DNA from: Candidatus Obscuribacteraceae bacterium
GTDB lineage: Bacteria > Cyanobacteriota > Vampirovibrionia > Obscuribacterales > Obscuribacteraceae
Direction: 5' to 3'
Length of the DNA stretch: 64,000 bases
NCBI GenBank assembly: GCA_044229845.1
Contig: JBGASG010000005.1
Span: 320,001 to 384,000, forward strand
The notes under the pieces were generated by a model. It was not told where the DNA came from. It saw only the letters and a program-made list of their open reading frames with translations, and did not search any database. The translations under genes and the position numbers were made by a program. Below are positions 26,344-36,745 of the stretch, one piece after another; the stretch's first letter is position 1; every line of letters starts with the position of its first letter.

Positions 26344-26498
26344 CACTGGTGCTCTCTCTGGTGGTTTCAAAGCGTCACAGTATTGTAGGCGGTCAGCCTA
26401 TCTCCATGGCTGGAGAAATCGTTCATGTTAATATTTCAGGGCTGCCGGACACAGCTGAGCCCGCAGCGGACGCCGCCTGATGAAGGATAACCACCAAG

Positions 26499-26711
26499 AT
26501 GATTTGCCCGCGCTGTACTGGAGAGATGAAGCAGGTGGAGATTCAAGACGTACCCGTCGAGCAATGCCTCGGGTGCGAAGGTGTCTGGCTCGATGCAGGT
26601 GAACTGGAACTAATCGCCCAGCGCGAATGCCACGCCATGCGCGAAAGCTGGATAGTCAAGTTGTGGAATGCCTGCCAGCCCCGCAAAAAGAAGTCGGTAG
26701 ACAACGGTTGA
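26499..26711 (+). CDS. zf-TFIIB-type zinc-ribbon protein
   Basis: CPRC...CLGCEGVWLDAGELE motif; AAGGA RBS. Confidence 0.8.
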   Translation: MICPRCTGEMKQVEIQDVPVEQCLGCEGVWLDAGELELIAQRECHAMRESWIVKLWNACQPRKKKSVDNG

Positions 26712-26735
26712 TATTGCGGGCGGCCGCCGGCAACG

Positions 26736-26837
26736 CTATTTATTCTTTTTCTTCTCGGCCTTGGCTGCTTTCTTCTCTTTTTGAGACTTGGCAGGTTTTT
26801 TCTTGGTTTCTTTTTTGGCGTCTTGCGCTTTTCCCAT
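26736..26837 (-). CDS. 33-aa Lys-rich small protein (MGKAQDAKKETKKKPAKSQKEKKAAKAEKKKNK)
   Basis: Manual translation (below the ORF-track cutoff); GGTGGTG upstream of the ATG. Confidence 0.6.
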   Translation of the reverse strand: MGKAQDAKKETKKKPAKSQKEKKAAKAEKKKNK

Positions 26838-26867
26838 GGTTCACCACCTAGAAGTATTGTTTACGAC

Positions 26868-27239
26868 TTAAGACCTGTAGTGTCCAAATTTCTCGATCAG
26901 GATACCGATGGCATCCTTCACTTCTAACTCTTTTCCATCTTTATAGGTTAGTTTATCGATGTCTTCTCCCGGAGCCAGCTCTTTCATCGCTTTCTGCGCT
27001 TCCGTGCGCACCCAGTTGTTGGCGTGCATGCGGTAAACGAAGTAGAGCGGCGGGATTGCTTGCGGTTTCTTTTCCTTCACCAGCTGGTGCATCGTATCCA
27101 CTACTGATTCTGCATCGGGCGACTTGAGATTGTCCACCAGCATCTTGAAGGTGAAGTGGTCGATCTTCGACATAACAGATTTTGCCGAGTTGCGAATGAA
27201 CTCGTCAATTTGAGCAAACTGCGTAACGAAGTCCGACAA
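26868..27239 (-). CDS. Hypothetical helical (HEAT-like) protein
   Basis: 123-aa ORF downstream of the HD-GYP gene. Confidence 0.6.
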   Translation of the reverse strand: MSDFVTQFAQIDEFIRNSAKSVMSKIDHFTFKMLVDNLKSPDAESVVDTMHQLVKEKKPQAIPPLYFVYRMHANNWVRTEAQKAMKELAPGEDIDKLTYKDGKELEVKDAIGILIEKFGHYRS

Positions 27240-27269
27240 GGTGTGCCGCTTTCCGCTGCTTTTGCGTTG

Positions 27270-28781
27270 CTAGTCCAGTTCCTGATAATCGGCCGGCAGG
27301 TTGGCGTTGTAGATGCGCCAGAACGCTTCCTTCAAGCCATCTTCATGCGGTTTTGGTTTGGAACCCTGACACAGTTCGACCAGGCGCAACCAGCTGATGT
27401 TGCGGAACAGATCCAGTTCTGCCGGAATAGTGGTGCCGCGCTCCGACTCCATGACCTTGAGCACTTTGTCGCAAGGCAGAGCATAGAACGCATCCACGAC
27501 TTCCGGGTCGAAATGGTTTTCGCGACCGGCTTCCATAATCTCGAAGACCTTGGTCACCGACATTCTGTTGCGGTAGTGACGCACTGAGGTCAATGCGTCG
27601 AATACATCAGATACGGTAATCACACGGGAGAGAAACGGAATTTCGTGTCCGCGCAGTCCGCGATAATAGCCGGTGCCATCCAGTTTTTCGTGGTGGCAAC
27701 TGGCTACGAAGGGTACCTGAGCCAGTCGGCTCGTAAACGGCAAGTTGGAGAGCAGTTCGTACGTGATGCGCGCGTGCGTTTGCACTTGCGCGTACTCTTC
27801 CGGAGTCAGGCGGCCGTTCTTCCAGAGAATGTTCTCGGGAACGCCGATCTTGCCGTAGTCATGCATCATCGCCGAATAGCGCAGCACATCTTTTTCGTCG
27901 GCCGACACATTCATGTGTTCGCCGATCAAGAGGCTGTACCAGGTGACGCGCATGGAGTGACCTGCTGTGAGCGGGTCGCGTTTATCAATTGTTTGTGCCA
28001 ACGTCTCCAGGGTCTTATCTACGAAGTGTTCGATCTCCGTATAGGCTTGCGCCTGTTCGATCAACCCGGCTGCCACCGCAGCCAGTGCTTGCAGCCATTC
28101 TTCATCGACATCGGTGAAGCCGCCGCCGTACTCTTTGTTCATTACTTCGAACACGCCGATCACCGCGCCGTTGCGGTTGGTCATCGGCACGCACAAAATG
28201 TTGTTGGTCCGGTAGCCGGTGCTCTTATCCACTTCGGCATCGAAGCGCGGATCGGCATAGGCATCGGGAATGTTGATGATGCGACCGGTGCGGGCGCACA
28301 AACTAACGATCGAAGTGCCCGCTAACGGAACGCGAATCGTCTTCGAATCTTCGAGACCCTGCGCGACTTGCGTCCACAGCTCGCCCTGACGATTGTCCAG
28401 CACAAATACGCTGCAACGATCGCACTTGAGCATTTGCGTCGTCTCTCGCGTGATTACATCGAGCAACGATTCGAGCTTGCGCTCGGTGGCCATCGCTTTA
28501 ACGACACGGAACAACCCGGTCAGCGGCCGTAAGCGGTCGACTTCTTTTTGTAATCCCAAGACTTTTATCTCCCGCTCAATCAAACCTATTTCGCGTTGGC
28601 TGAGGTCCGACTCCAGTTTGCGAAGATCTTCCTTCTTCGCAGGCCCATTGTCCTTTGCGTCCTTCGCCTTGGACGATGATATGCGAGAGTCGTCGTTACT
28701 GTCTACCTGTGGCTCCGTCTTTGTCTTTGTGGTCGCTGCCGCGCCGTTCTTCTTTGATGCCTTCATGTCTCCCTTAGCCAT
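27270..28781 (-). CDS. GAF + HD-GYP phosphodiesterase
   Basis: GAF (DAYADPRF, ILCVPM, NK) followed by HS.RV, MHDYGKIG, HHEKLDGTGYY and VSDVFDAL motifs. Confidence 0.9.
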   Translation of the reverse strand: MAKGDMKASKKNGAAATTKTKTEPQVDSNDDSRISSSKAKDAKDNGPAKKEDLRKLESDLSQREIGLIEREIKVLGLQKEVDRLRPLTGLFRVVKAMATERKLESLLDVITRETTQMLKCDRCSVFVLDNRQGELWTQVAQGLEDSKTIRVPLAGTSIVSLCARTGRIINIPDAYADPRFDAEVDKSTGYRTNNILCVPMTNRNGAVIGVFEVMNKEYGGGFTDVDEEWLQALAAVAAGLIEQAQAYTEIEHFVDKTLETLAQTIDKRDPLTAGHSMRVTWYSLLIGEHMNVSADEKDVLRYSAMMHDYGKIGVPENILWKNGRLTPEEYAQVQTHARITYELLSNLPFTSRLAQVPFVASCHHEKLDGTGYYRGLRGHEIPFLSRVITVSDVFDALTSVRHYRNRMSVTKVFEIMEAGRENHFDPEVVDAFYALPCDKVLKVMESERGTTIPAELDLFRNISWLRLVELCQGSKPKPHEDGLKEAFWRIYNANLPADYQELD

Positions 28782-29011
28782 TTGCGAAGTGTCTCCAATC
28801 AGATCGGCAAGGCATGCCAAAGATAGTTATACCCAGTAAGAGAGCAATTTCCGTAATGAAACATAAAATCAAGGGGTCTGACAGCGTGGCACAAAAGCTC
28901 AGCTGGTAGCAGTTTTCGAGCATCGACGCGGAATTGACTGAAACCAGACAGGGGCTTGTCAAGGCGGATGATTTGTACTAGGAAGTGCCGCTGCGCATGA
29001 GCCTCGACCGT

Positions 29012-29884
29012 TCACTGTCCGGCCGGCGTCTGCACTTCCTGACGCTGGCGATTGATGATCTCCGAGTACCGGGGCGGATCCAGCTTCCTCCAGAAGAGCA
29101 AACACGCCCGCCCGATCACGCGCTTTTCATCTAAGAAGCCCCACACATGCGAGTCTTCGCTGTTATTACGATTGTCGCCCAGCATGAATACCATGCCGGG
29201 AGGCACAATAATCGGCTCGTCGGCGCGATCTTTGTACGGCCGCTTGTCGTCGCCGATGGTGGCATGACCGATGTCGCCCAGCTTGATAAGGTCGTAGGCG
29301 GGTGGATCCTTTATGTAGGAGGTCTCATTGAGAAACTTCTCGTCAACGAAAACGCCGACCCCGCGCTTGATTTTGATTTTTTCGCCGGGCAACCCGACAA
29401 CGCGCTTGATAAACGCAGGCTCGTAGGGAAGAAACGGCAAGCCGGTCAACCGTCCCAGTACTGTGGCGGGATCGTTGCTCAGGTCCTTGCCGCCAGGCAG
29501 TTGCGAGGCAGGTGGATAAAAGACGAGGATATCGCCACGCTTCGCTTCCTTACCCAGGTTCTTCGATATCTTTTCGACGAGTATGCGATCTTCGGCTTGC
29601 AGAGTCGGTTCCATCGAGCCGGATGGGATGTAGCGCGGCTCGACCAGTAATCCGCGAATGACAATCAGGATCAGGAGCGTAACCACAACCAGCTCGGTGA
29701 TTTCTTTGACGACGCCGAACGCGCTCATTTTTTCTTGCTTTGACTCGTCCTCTATGCCCAAGTCCGAGCCCGCAACAGCATTCCCGCCTGCGTCACCTGC
29801 GTCTGCGGCGCGCAGCACTTTCGCCTCCGCATGGGCATTGGCGGATTCGCTGGCAGAGACAATTTTTTCGCTCGAGTCAGTCAC
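29012..29884 (-). CDS. lepB: Signal peptidase I
   Basis: IPSGSMEPTL, FIKRVVGLPG and GDNRNNSEDS motifs. Confidence 0.93.
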   Translation of the reverse strand: MTDSSEKIVSASESANAHAEAKVLRAADAGDAGGNAVAGSDLGIEDESKQEKMSAFGVVKEITELVVVTLLILIVIRGLLVEPRYIPSGSMEPTLQAEDRILVEKISKNLGKEAKRGDILVFYPPASQLPGGKDLSNDPATVLGRLTGLPFLPYEPAFIKRVVGLPGEKIKIKRGVGVFVDEKFLNETSYIKDPPAYDLIKLGDIGHATIGDDKRPYKDRADEPIIVPPGMVFMLGDNRNNSEDSHVWGFLDEKRVIGRACLLFWRKLDPPRYSEIINRQRQEVQTPAGQ

Positions 29885-29929
29885 AAGTCACGACGAAATC
29901 TGAAGTTCCATCAGATCACGGGGCCTATT

Positions 29930-30685
29930 CTATTCGACTCGTTCGATTATCTGCTTGGAGAGAGAAGGGGGTATCTGGAGCTGGCGCCAGAAGAGCAACC
30001 AGGCGCGACCAATGACACGATTTTGGTCGAGAAAACCCCAGGCGTGGCTGTCCTGGCTGTTATTGCGATTGTCGCCCATCATAAACAGGTGACCTGCCGG
30101 CACTTTAATCTCGTTGTTGGCAATTTTGGGGTCGCCGTAGGGGCGGGTGCCGCCGCCGAATGGGTCGACACCGATGTCGCCCATCACCTTCAGGTCGTAA
30201 TTCGGAGCATCCGGCGCGTAGCCGTCTTCGGTCAGCAGTTGACCGTTGACGAAAACACCCACACCCTTCTGGATGCGAATCACATCCCCGGGCAGTCCAA
30301 TAATTCGTTTAATGTAGGCGGTTTCAGAGGGAAGAAACGGCAAGCCGGTCAGCCTGCCCAGAATGCTGAGCGGATCATTACTCAGGTCTTTGCCGCCGGT
30401 TTGGGAGGGTGGCGGATAGAAAACCAGTATCTCGCCGCGCTGATACGGGCGATGCAGGTGTCCGGAGATTTTCTCAACCAGCAGTCGATCTTCGATCTGC
30501 AAGGTCGGCTCCATAGAGCTGGACGGAATGTAGCGAGCCTCGGCAATCGCCCAGCGAATGGCAATCAGCAAGACAAGCACCATGACGACCAGTTCTACGA
30601 CTTCGCGCACGAACCCCAATGGTCCGCTGGGCTTGCCTTTTTCCGGCGATTTCTTTTCTGAGGTCATTTCTTCGGTTGCGGTCAT
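29930..30685 (-). CDS. lepB: Signal peptidase I (tandem paralogue)
   Basis: IPSSSMEPTL, YIKRIIGLPG and GDNRNNSQDS motifs. Confidence 0.93.
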   Translation of the reverse strand: MTATEEMTSEKKSPEKGKPSGPLGFVREVVELVVMVLVLLIAIRWAIAEARYIPSSSMEPTLQIEDRLLVEKISGHLHRPYQRGEILVFYPPPSQTGGKDLSNDPLSILGRLTGLPFLPSETAYIKRIIGLPGDVIRIQKGVGVFVNGQLLTEDGYAPDAPNYDLKVMGDIGVDPFGGGTRPYGDPKIANNEIKVPAGHLFMMGDNRNNSQDSHAWGFLDQNRVIGRAWLLFWRQLQIPPSLSKQIIERVE

Positions 30686-30708
30686 AGCAGAATTGATTTT
30701 CTCACTAA

Positions 30709-32133
30709 CTAACGTTTGTGCGCCAGCGCCGACTCGGCTTTGGCGGAACGGTCCTTGGCGCCCTGTCCGCCTGCGATTTGCGCGACGGCTTCTGCATAAC
30801 GCTCCAGTTCTGCCGGAGAATTTGTTTCCGTGACAGCAACCAACAAGCAATCTTTGTAGTCAGGCAAGAAACGGCCGAGTTCGATGCCGCCGAGAATGTT
30901 CTGTTCTTTCAATTCGTCGAGCAGCTGTGCGACCGGCACCGGCGACTGCAAAACGAACTCGTTGACGAAGGGCTGATTGAAACGCAATTTCATTCCGCCT
31001 TTGCTGGTGAGAAGTTCAGCGAGATGATGGGCGCGGCGCACGCTGATTTCGGCGGCATCGCGCAAACCCTGCGGTCCGAGCAAAGTCAGGTAGACGAGCA
31101 TGGCCAGCGCATTGAGCGCCTGGTTTGTGCAGATGTTCGACGTGGCGTTTTGCCGGCGAATATGTTGTTCGCGCGTCTGCAGTGTGAGCGTGAAAGCACG
31201 CTGTCCGCGGTTGTCCAGCGTCTGTCCGGCAAGCCTGCCCGGCAACTGACGCACAAATTTAGTGCGTGTTGCCATAAATCCAGCAGTCGGTCCACCGAAC
31301 GAGAGGTTGTTGCCGCATTGCTGCGCGTCACCAACGACGATATCAGCTCCAAAGGTTCCGGGCGGAGTCAAAAGACCCATGGCGATTGGGTCGGTGACCA
31401 CGACCAGGAGGGTGCCGGTGGCTTCGGTCTGTTTCTTGATCGCTTCCAGATCTTCCAGGCAGCCGAAGTAGTTCGGATATTGCACGACGAACGCCGCCGT
31501 TGCGTCATCGAATTTCAAAGCGGCCGCATCGACCACACCGTCGGCGGTCGGCACTGAGGTGTGCGCTACACCGGCGGTATCGAGCATGGTCCGCGTCACC
31601 AGCGCGTATTCGGGGTTGACCGATTGGGCGATCACTACTTTCTTGCGATCAGTCAGACGGCAAGCCATCATCGCCGCTTCGGCACAGGCAGTTTGTCCGT
31701 CGTACATGGATGCGTTTGCTACTTCCATGTCGGTGAGAAGGCATATGGCGGTCTGAAATTCATAGATGGCTTGCAGGCTGCCCTGGCTGACTTCAGGCTG
31801 GTAGGGCGTGTAGGCAGTGGCGAACTCACTGCGCGAAATAATGCTGCCCACCGATGCCGGCACAAATCTTCTGTATGAGCCGCCACCCAGGAAGCATGCT
31901 TGCTGCGAAGCCGGCTTATTCTTACGCGAGAGCTCCGCAACTTTCTGCGTCAACTCCAGCTCATTCAGTCCTGGAGCCAGGTTTAGCTCTTTGACGCGGA
32001 TGTCTTTAGGGATGTGGGAGAGCAAGTCTTCAAACGTGCGGACGCCGATGGCTTTCAGCATCGCGTCGCGATCAGCCTGCGTATGAGGCAGGTAGGGGAA
32101 GTGGCTCTCATGCGTTTTGTTGCTTTCGCTCAT
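30709..32133 (-). CDS. gcvPA: Glycine dehydrogenase subunit 1
   Basis: TAYTPYQPEVSQG, NASMYDG and QTREQHIRR..ATSNICTNQ motifs. Confidence 0.95.
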   Translation of the reverse strand: MSESNKTHESHFPYLPHTQADRDAMLKAIGVRTFEDLLSHIPKDIRVKELNLAPGLNELELTQKVAELSRKNKPASQQACFLGGGSYRRFVPASVGSIISRSEFATAYTPYQPEVSQGSLQAIYEFQTAICLLTDMEVANASMYDGQTACAEAAMMACRLTDRKKVVIAQSVNPEYALVTRTMLDTAGVAHTSVPTADGVVDAAALKFDDATAAFVVQYPNYFGCLEDLEAIKKQTEATGTLLVVVTDPIAMGLLTPPGTFGADIVVGDAQQCGNNLSFGGPTAGFMATRTKFVRQLPGRLAGQTLDNRGQRAFTLTLQTREQHIRRQNATSNICTNQALNALAMLVYLTLLGPQGLRDAAEISVRRAHHLAELLTSKGGMKLRFNQPFVNEFVLQSPVPVAQLLDELKEQNILGGIELGRFLPDYKDCLLVAVTETNSPAELERYAEAVAQIAGGQGAKDRSAKAESALAHKR

Positions 32134-32349
32134 GCTGAAGAATCCTGGCTGAAACCTGTGTGGGCGCGCAAACTCGCGCTATTACGGTCTTATGAAGGTT
32201 CAATTTAGCACGATTAGCCTTTCAACTCATGCGAAGATCTCAGGGCGTGTAGCGTGGCAACATATAAAATTACACTCAGTTAGAGAGTGCGCGCGCATCC
32301 GTCGTTGTTGCTCACCCCGTCCCCTGACAGTCCGCGCGGCATCCGGCAC

Positions 32350-33102
32350 ATGACACAAGAAACAAGCAAACTCAAACTCATAGTAGGGCTTGGCAATCCC
32401 GAACCTCGCTATTGGGAAACTCGCCACAACGCCGGTTTCTGGATTGTCGATCGCATAGCCACCAAATATAGTATCAATCTGCAACACAAAAAGGACCTGT
32501 TCGCCGATACGACAAAAGTCAACATAGGGCGGCAGGAAGTGGTCCTGGCCAAACCTACTACATATATGAATCTGTCCGGCCGCTCGATCGCCGCGTTTTT
32601 GCACTGGTACAAAATCGACGCCGCAGACCTGCTGATTATTCACGACGAGGTGGCTTTGCCGCTCGGCAAGATTCGCATGCAGCACGGCGGCGGTGCCGGC
32701 GGGCACCACGGCATCGAGTCGACGTTCGAGTCGATCGGCAAAGATAAGGTTTTCGACCGTCTACGCATCGGTGTCGGACCCGATCCGGGCGGGGATATCC
32801 GCGGACATTTTGTGCTTTCGCCGATTGCCGAGGAAGACCGCGAGTTGAAAGAGAAATCGCTGGCAATGGCTACCGATGCGGTTTACATGTGGCTCGCGCG
32901 CGGCCATAAAGATGTGGCGAACAAATTCAACGGCATGGACCTGCGTCCCAAACCGCCGGAACCGGAACCGCCCGCCCCCGAGCCCCAGGGTCCAGCGGAC
33001 GAGCCGCCACCGGCCGCACCAAATTCAGAGGTGCCACCACCGCCGACACCGCAATCGAAAGACGAACCACCCCACCGCACAGACGAATCACCGCCGCCGT
33101 AG
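32350..33102 (+). CDS. pth: Peptidyl-tRNA hydrolase with Pro-rich tail
   Basis: IVGLGNP, TRHNAGF, KPTTYMNLSG and RLRIGVG motifs. Confidence 0.93.
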   Translation: MTQETSKLKLIVGLGNPEPRYWETRHNAGFWIVDRIATKYSINLQHKKDLFADTTKVNIGRQEVVLAKPTTYMNLSGRSIAAFLHWYKIDAADLLIIHDEVALPLGKIRMQHGGGAGGHHGIESTFESIGKDKVFDRLRIGVGPDPGGDIRGHFVLSPIAEEDRELKEKSLAMATDAVYMWLARGHKDVANKFNGMDLRPKPPEPEPPAPEPQGPADEPPPAAPNSEVPPPPTPQSKDEPPHRTDESPPP

Positions 33103-33115
33103 GGCATTCATTGGC

Positions 33116-33220
33116 ATACCATATACGTATGCCAAAACCGATTTAGGATACGTATATGGTATCTTCGGCCGGCATACCAAATACGTATCTCAAACCCAAA
33201 ATTGCATACGTATATGGTAT
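33116..33220. repeat. Four alternating-orientation 15-bp repeats (ATACCATATACGTAT)
   Basis: Copies at 33116-33130 (+), 33148-33162 (-), 33174-33188 (+) and 33206-33220 (-); 17-bp spacers within each pair; 58-bp period. Confidence 0.85.
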
Positions 33221-33790
33221 CTTGCGAAACCAGCGCTGTTTCACCACCCCAAGCAGGTCTGAAAAGACGCGGAGATGTGATTTCCGATTACTTTTGCACG
33301 GTCGCTACAGATAGTGGTGGCACATGGCGCAAGTTGGTCGAGCTTGCTGGCATGCCGTGGTGGCGCCTGCGGTATCAAAGTGACATCGACAACCACACGT
33401 TGGCAACGGATTTTGTCGGCTCAAATGCCTACTGAAAACGCGGTTGAAAATAGTTTCAAATCCAAGCCGGGACATCCGATGCGTATGCTTTCGGCAACAG
33501 TTGGGATTACACGTGCTCAAGGTTAAACGAAAGACATCTTTCGTCAGCGCTGACTGACATCTGCAATTTGCCGGAATCCCGCATGAATACGAGCATTTAA
33601 CGCGTTACGCATTGTTTCGAAAAATGGGTTAGGTATCAGAATATGCGAGTTCAGCGCTGAAATAATATCTACGACGAAAAAGAAGCGGCAGCATGCGGAT
33701 TCCCAAGACAACACGAATTTTCACTGTGACACCAACCGTGCGTGCCTGGGTTTATTGACCCGGGCATTTCTGTGAGATAGGAAGCAAAGT

Positions 33791-35179
33791 ATGTATTTGA
33801 CAGACAGGCTGATTAGCACCCAAGAAGGAAGTGCATCGCGCAATTTCTTCATTTCGGCTGTTTTCTGGTCGCTGATTGGCATGGGCGCCGGATTGTTTGC
33901 CGCATTGGAATTCTCATTCCCAGACCTCGTGCACAACGTACCGCAGCTCTCGATGCCACACCTGCGGATGCTGCACGTCAATGCTGTCGCCATCGGCTGG
34001 CTGTCGATGGCTTATATCGGTTCGATGTTCTACATGATTCCGTCTCTGACCAAAACCAAACTGTGGAGCGAGCGTCTGGGCAACATGACCATGTGGGCCT
34101 GGAATTTGCTCATGATCGGCGCATTTTGCACCCTGCTCAATGGTTACACGGAAGGTCGCGAGTATGCCGAGCTTGGAGCAGTTCTGGATACAGTGGCAGT
34201 GATCGGACTGATCTGTGTCGCTCTCAACTGCTACATGACCGTGATCAACCGCCGTGTCAAAAAGCTCTATGTCAGTCTCTGGTACTTCTTGGGCGCGCTC
34301 TTCTGGTTCCCGCTCGTCTACATCATTGGACAGCGCACCTTCGTGCAATTGAATGGCTTGAACGATGCCATCATCGGTTGGTTCTACGGACACAACATTC
34401 TTGGTATGTGGTTCACCACTGTCGGTGTCGGCATGATGTATTACCTCTTGCCACGTTTGACCAACAACCCGCTTTACAGCCACGGTCTCTCTATGCTGGG
34501 CTTCTGGGGCATCGCCCTTTTCTATGCACCAACCGGCACGCACCACATCACCCAGTCGCCCGTCCCGGAGTGGCTGAAAGCAATCGCTATCATCTCGTCC
34601 ATATTTCTCCTCGTTCCTGTTTTCACTGTCCTTACTAACTTCTTCATGACTATGAAGGGCAAGTGGCAGCTGATGGTGTCTGACATGACGCTGAGGTTCA
34701 CCATCACATCAGCGATTTTCTATTACATTACTTGCGTGCAGGGACCTTTCCAGGCAACACGCTGGGTCAACTGGTATCTGCACTTCACTCAGTGGGTTGT
34801 AGGACATGCTCACTTGGCGTTGCTGGGGACGTTCTCGTTTATCAGTGTGGCGGCCATCTACTACGGGTTGCCACGTCTGACCGGAAGACCCTGGTACAGC
34901 CAGGGTCTGATTCGTGCCCACTACTGGCTGAAGACATTGGGGTTCGGAGCGATGATGACCGTACTGACAATTGCCGGACTCATCCAGTCGGCTGGTTGGC
35001 AGATGGGCATTCCGGTTGACCAATGGGGACTGCAGATTCGCCCTTACTGGTGGCTGAGATCCATAAGCGGCATCATGATCTTCACTGGACAGTGCCTCTT
35101 TGCCTACAACATCTACCGCACACTCTACACACCGACCGCCGTCGCGTCGGTGAAGAAAGGTCAGGAGGTTAAGGCGTAA
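33791..35179 (+). CDS. ccoN: cbb3-type (C-family) heme-copper oxidase subunit I
   Basis: LRMLHVN, WFYGHN, GTHH and WVVGHAHL motifs; many TM helices. Confidence 0.92.
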   Translation: MYLTDRLISTQEGSASRNFFISAVFWSLIGMGAGLFAALEFSFPDLVHNVPQLSMPHLRMLHVNAVAIGWLSMAYIGSMFYMIPSLTKTKLWSERLGNMTMWAWNLLMIGAFCTLLNGYTEGREYAELGAVLDTVAVIGLICVALNCYMTVINRRVKKLYVSLWYFLGALFWFPLVYIIGQRTFVQLNGLNDAIIGWFYGHNILGMWFTTVGVGMMYYLLPRLTNNPLYSHGLSMLGFWGIALFYAPTGTHHITQSPVPEWLKAIAIISSIFLLVPVFTVLTNFFMTMKGKWQLMVSDMTLRFTITSAIFYYITCVQGPFQATRWVNWYLHFTQWVVGHAHLALLGTFSFISVAAIYYGLPRLTGRPWYSQGLIRAHYWLKTLGFGAMMTVLTIAGLIQSAGWQMGIPVDQWGLQIRPYWWLRSISGIMIFTGQCLFAYNIYRTLYTPTAVASVKKGQEVKA

Positions 35180-36117
35180 TGAACGGCTATCGCCTGGGCG
35201 CATCAGGAATCATCATTACTTTCTTCACTATTATCACCGCCACCGTGCTACTGCCGATGGTGCTGTTCAATCCGAAGCCTTCCGGTCATGGCAACGACTA
35301 TACTTCGGCAGCGGTGACCAAAGTTGCCGATCCGGTACGCGGACGGCAGATCTATGTGAGAGAAGGCTGCGTTTATTGCCACACTCAGTTCACACGCTTA
35401 CAGGATCGTGGCTACGGACCGTTGGTGAAGGCCGGGGACTTCACCCAGGAAACTCCACACCAGCTTGGCACCGCACGGACCGGTCCGGATCTAACGAATG
35501 AGGGCGGAAGATTTCCATCCGAGTGGCAAAAAGCCCACCTGATTCAACCTCGGGCCGTGAAGCCTGGATCTATTATGCCGAGCTTCAGCTATTTGTCGGA
35601 CCGAGATATGAATGACTTGGTGGCATATATTCAGACTCTTGGGAACATGCGGGTAGTCAATCACTTCGTGGAGGCGCCGGAGGAATACAAGGCATACCTG
35701 GCAAAGAAAACAGTTGATACTAATGCCGATGCCTCAGCTAACGCCGGTCGTGGCATCTACACGCAGAACTGCGCTGCCTGTCACGGACTGGAAGGATACG
35801 GCAACGGTCCCAACGCCATCTCGCTCGAGAAGAAGCCAGCCAACTTTACCCGTCCTTTTTATAAGCAGTATCCGGATGACTTCTGGTTCTACCGCATAAG
35901 TGAAGGTGTAGCAGGCACACGTATGCCGCGTTTCGGTGAAGTGCTCTCCCCTGAGCAGCGCTGGTATCTGGTTGCATACCTCAAGACTCTGCCTCGCGAT
36001 CAGGAAGTGGTGATTGACAAGCTTGATCAACTCAACCCGGTCGATGCAGTCAAGCTGCCGAAACTCTCCAAGCAATTGTGGGAACCAGCTTCCGGCGGAG
36101 ACGAGGAGGGTCACTAA
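35179..36117 (+). CDS. ccoO: cbb3 oxidase subunit II fused to an extra cytochrome c
   Basis: EGCVYCHTQ, RTGPDL and PGSIMP motifs; second CAACH. Confidence 0.88.
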   Translation: MNGYRLGASGIIITFFTIITATVLLPMVLFNPKPSGHGNDYTSAAVTKVADPVRGRQIYVREGCVYCHTQFTRLQDRGYGPLVKAGDFTQETPHQLGTARTGPDLTNEGGRFPSEWQKAHLIQPRAVKPGSIMPSFSYLSDRDMNDLVAYIQTLGNMRVVNHFVEAPEEYKAYLAKKTVDTNADASANAGRGIYTQNCAACHGLEGYGNGPNAISLEKKPANFTRPFYKQYPDDFWFYRISEGVAGTRMPRFGEVLSPEQRWYLVAYLKTLPRDQEVVIDKLDQLNPVDAVKLPKLSKQLWEPASGGDEEGH

Positions 36118-36471
36118 ATGTGTCCAAATTGCATTCTTAACCAGGTTGGTCTTCAGTCGGGCATCTATGTTGCCTTCTTCGTTTGCGGGGTTTTCTTCTT
36201 AGCCGCCATGGGCGCCATGTGGTTTGCTTTCAAGAATGGTGATTTTGAAGACATGGAGGGTTCGAAATTCGACATGCTCGATGATGTTGAAGATGGAACG
36301 GAAGCAGCCCACGCCCGCGCGCGTTTCGAACGCGCCCGCCGCGAAAGAGCCGATGCGCGCGCTGAGTTCGGCGGAAATGGTAGCGATGACATCAGTCACG
36401 CATCGACGGCATCATCAGCATCAGAATCATCAAGTTCAGACCGGGAGGAAGTAGAAAGTGCCAGACGATAA
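36118..36471 (+). CDS. ccoS: CcoS/FixS-like maturation protein
   Basis: TM helix followed by W.FKNGDFED.EG...ML.D. Confidence 0.65.
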   Translation: MCPNCILNQVGLQSGIYVAFFVCGVFFLAAMGAMWFAFKNGDFEDMEGSKFDMLDDVEDGTEAAHARARFERARRERADARAEFGGNGSDDISHASTASSASESSSSDREEVESARR

Positions 36472-36700
36472 CGAATCGCTAGCCAAAGGTTCCGGATCGG
36501 CCGCAGGCGAAGTGGCCAAGAGCACCAAAGCCGCTGCCACCACAGCCGGTGCCTCCACTGAACCGGCCGAGGAAGGCCACTACGAAGTGGTCGCCGAATA
36601 TCGCATCGGCGAAGGGCCACCGCCGATTGCATTGGTCGTTATGTTCGCCCTGATCGTCTTGTGGGCATCCGTCTCATGGGTGCCATTCTTCGGTTATTAG
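36458..36700 (+). CDS. Small membrane protein in the oxidase operon
   Basis: C-terminal TM helix; overlaps ccoS. Confidence 0.55.
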   Translation: MPDDNESLAKGSGSAAGEVAKSTKAAATTAGASTEPAEEGHYEVVAEYRIGEGPPPIALVVMFALIVLWASVSWVPFFGY

Positions 36701-36745
36701 GCTCCGTATTTATACTAGTTAGAGCGCTGAAAGTATCCAACCAAA

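Noticed and set aside
33230..33790. FNR/CRP/Rex site upstream of ccoN
   Set aside because: Only half-site matches (TGTGA, TTGAC) with no convincing palindrome.
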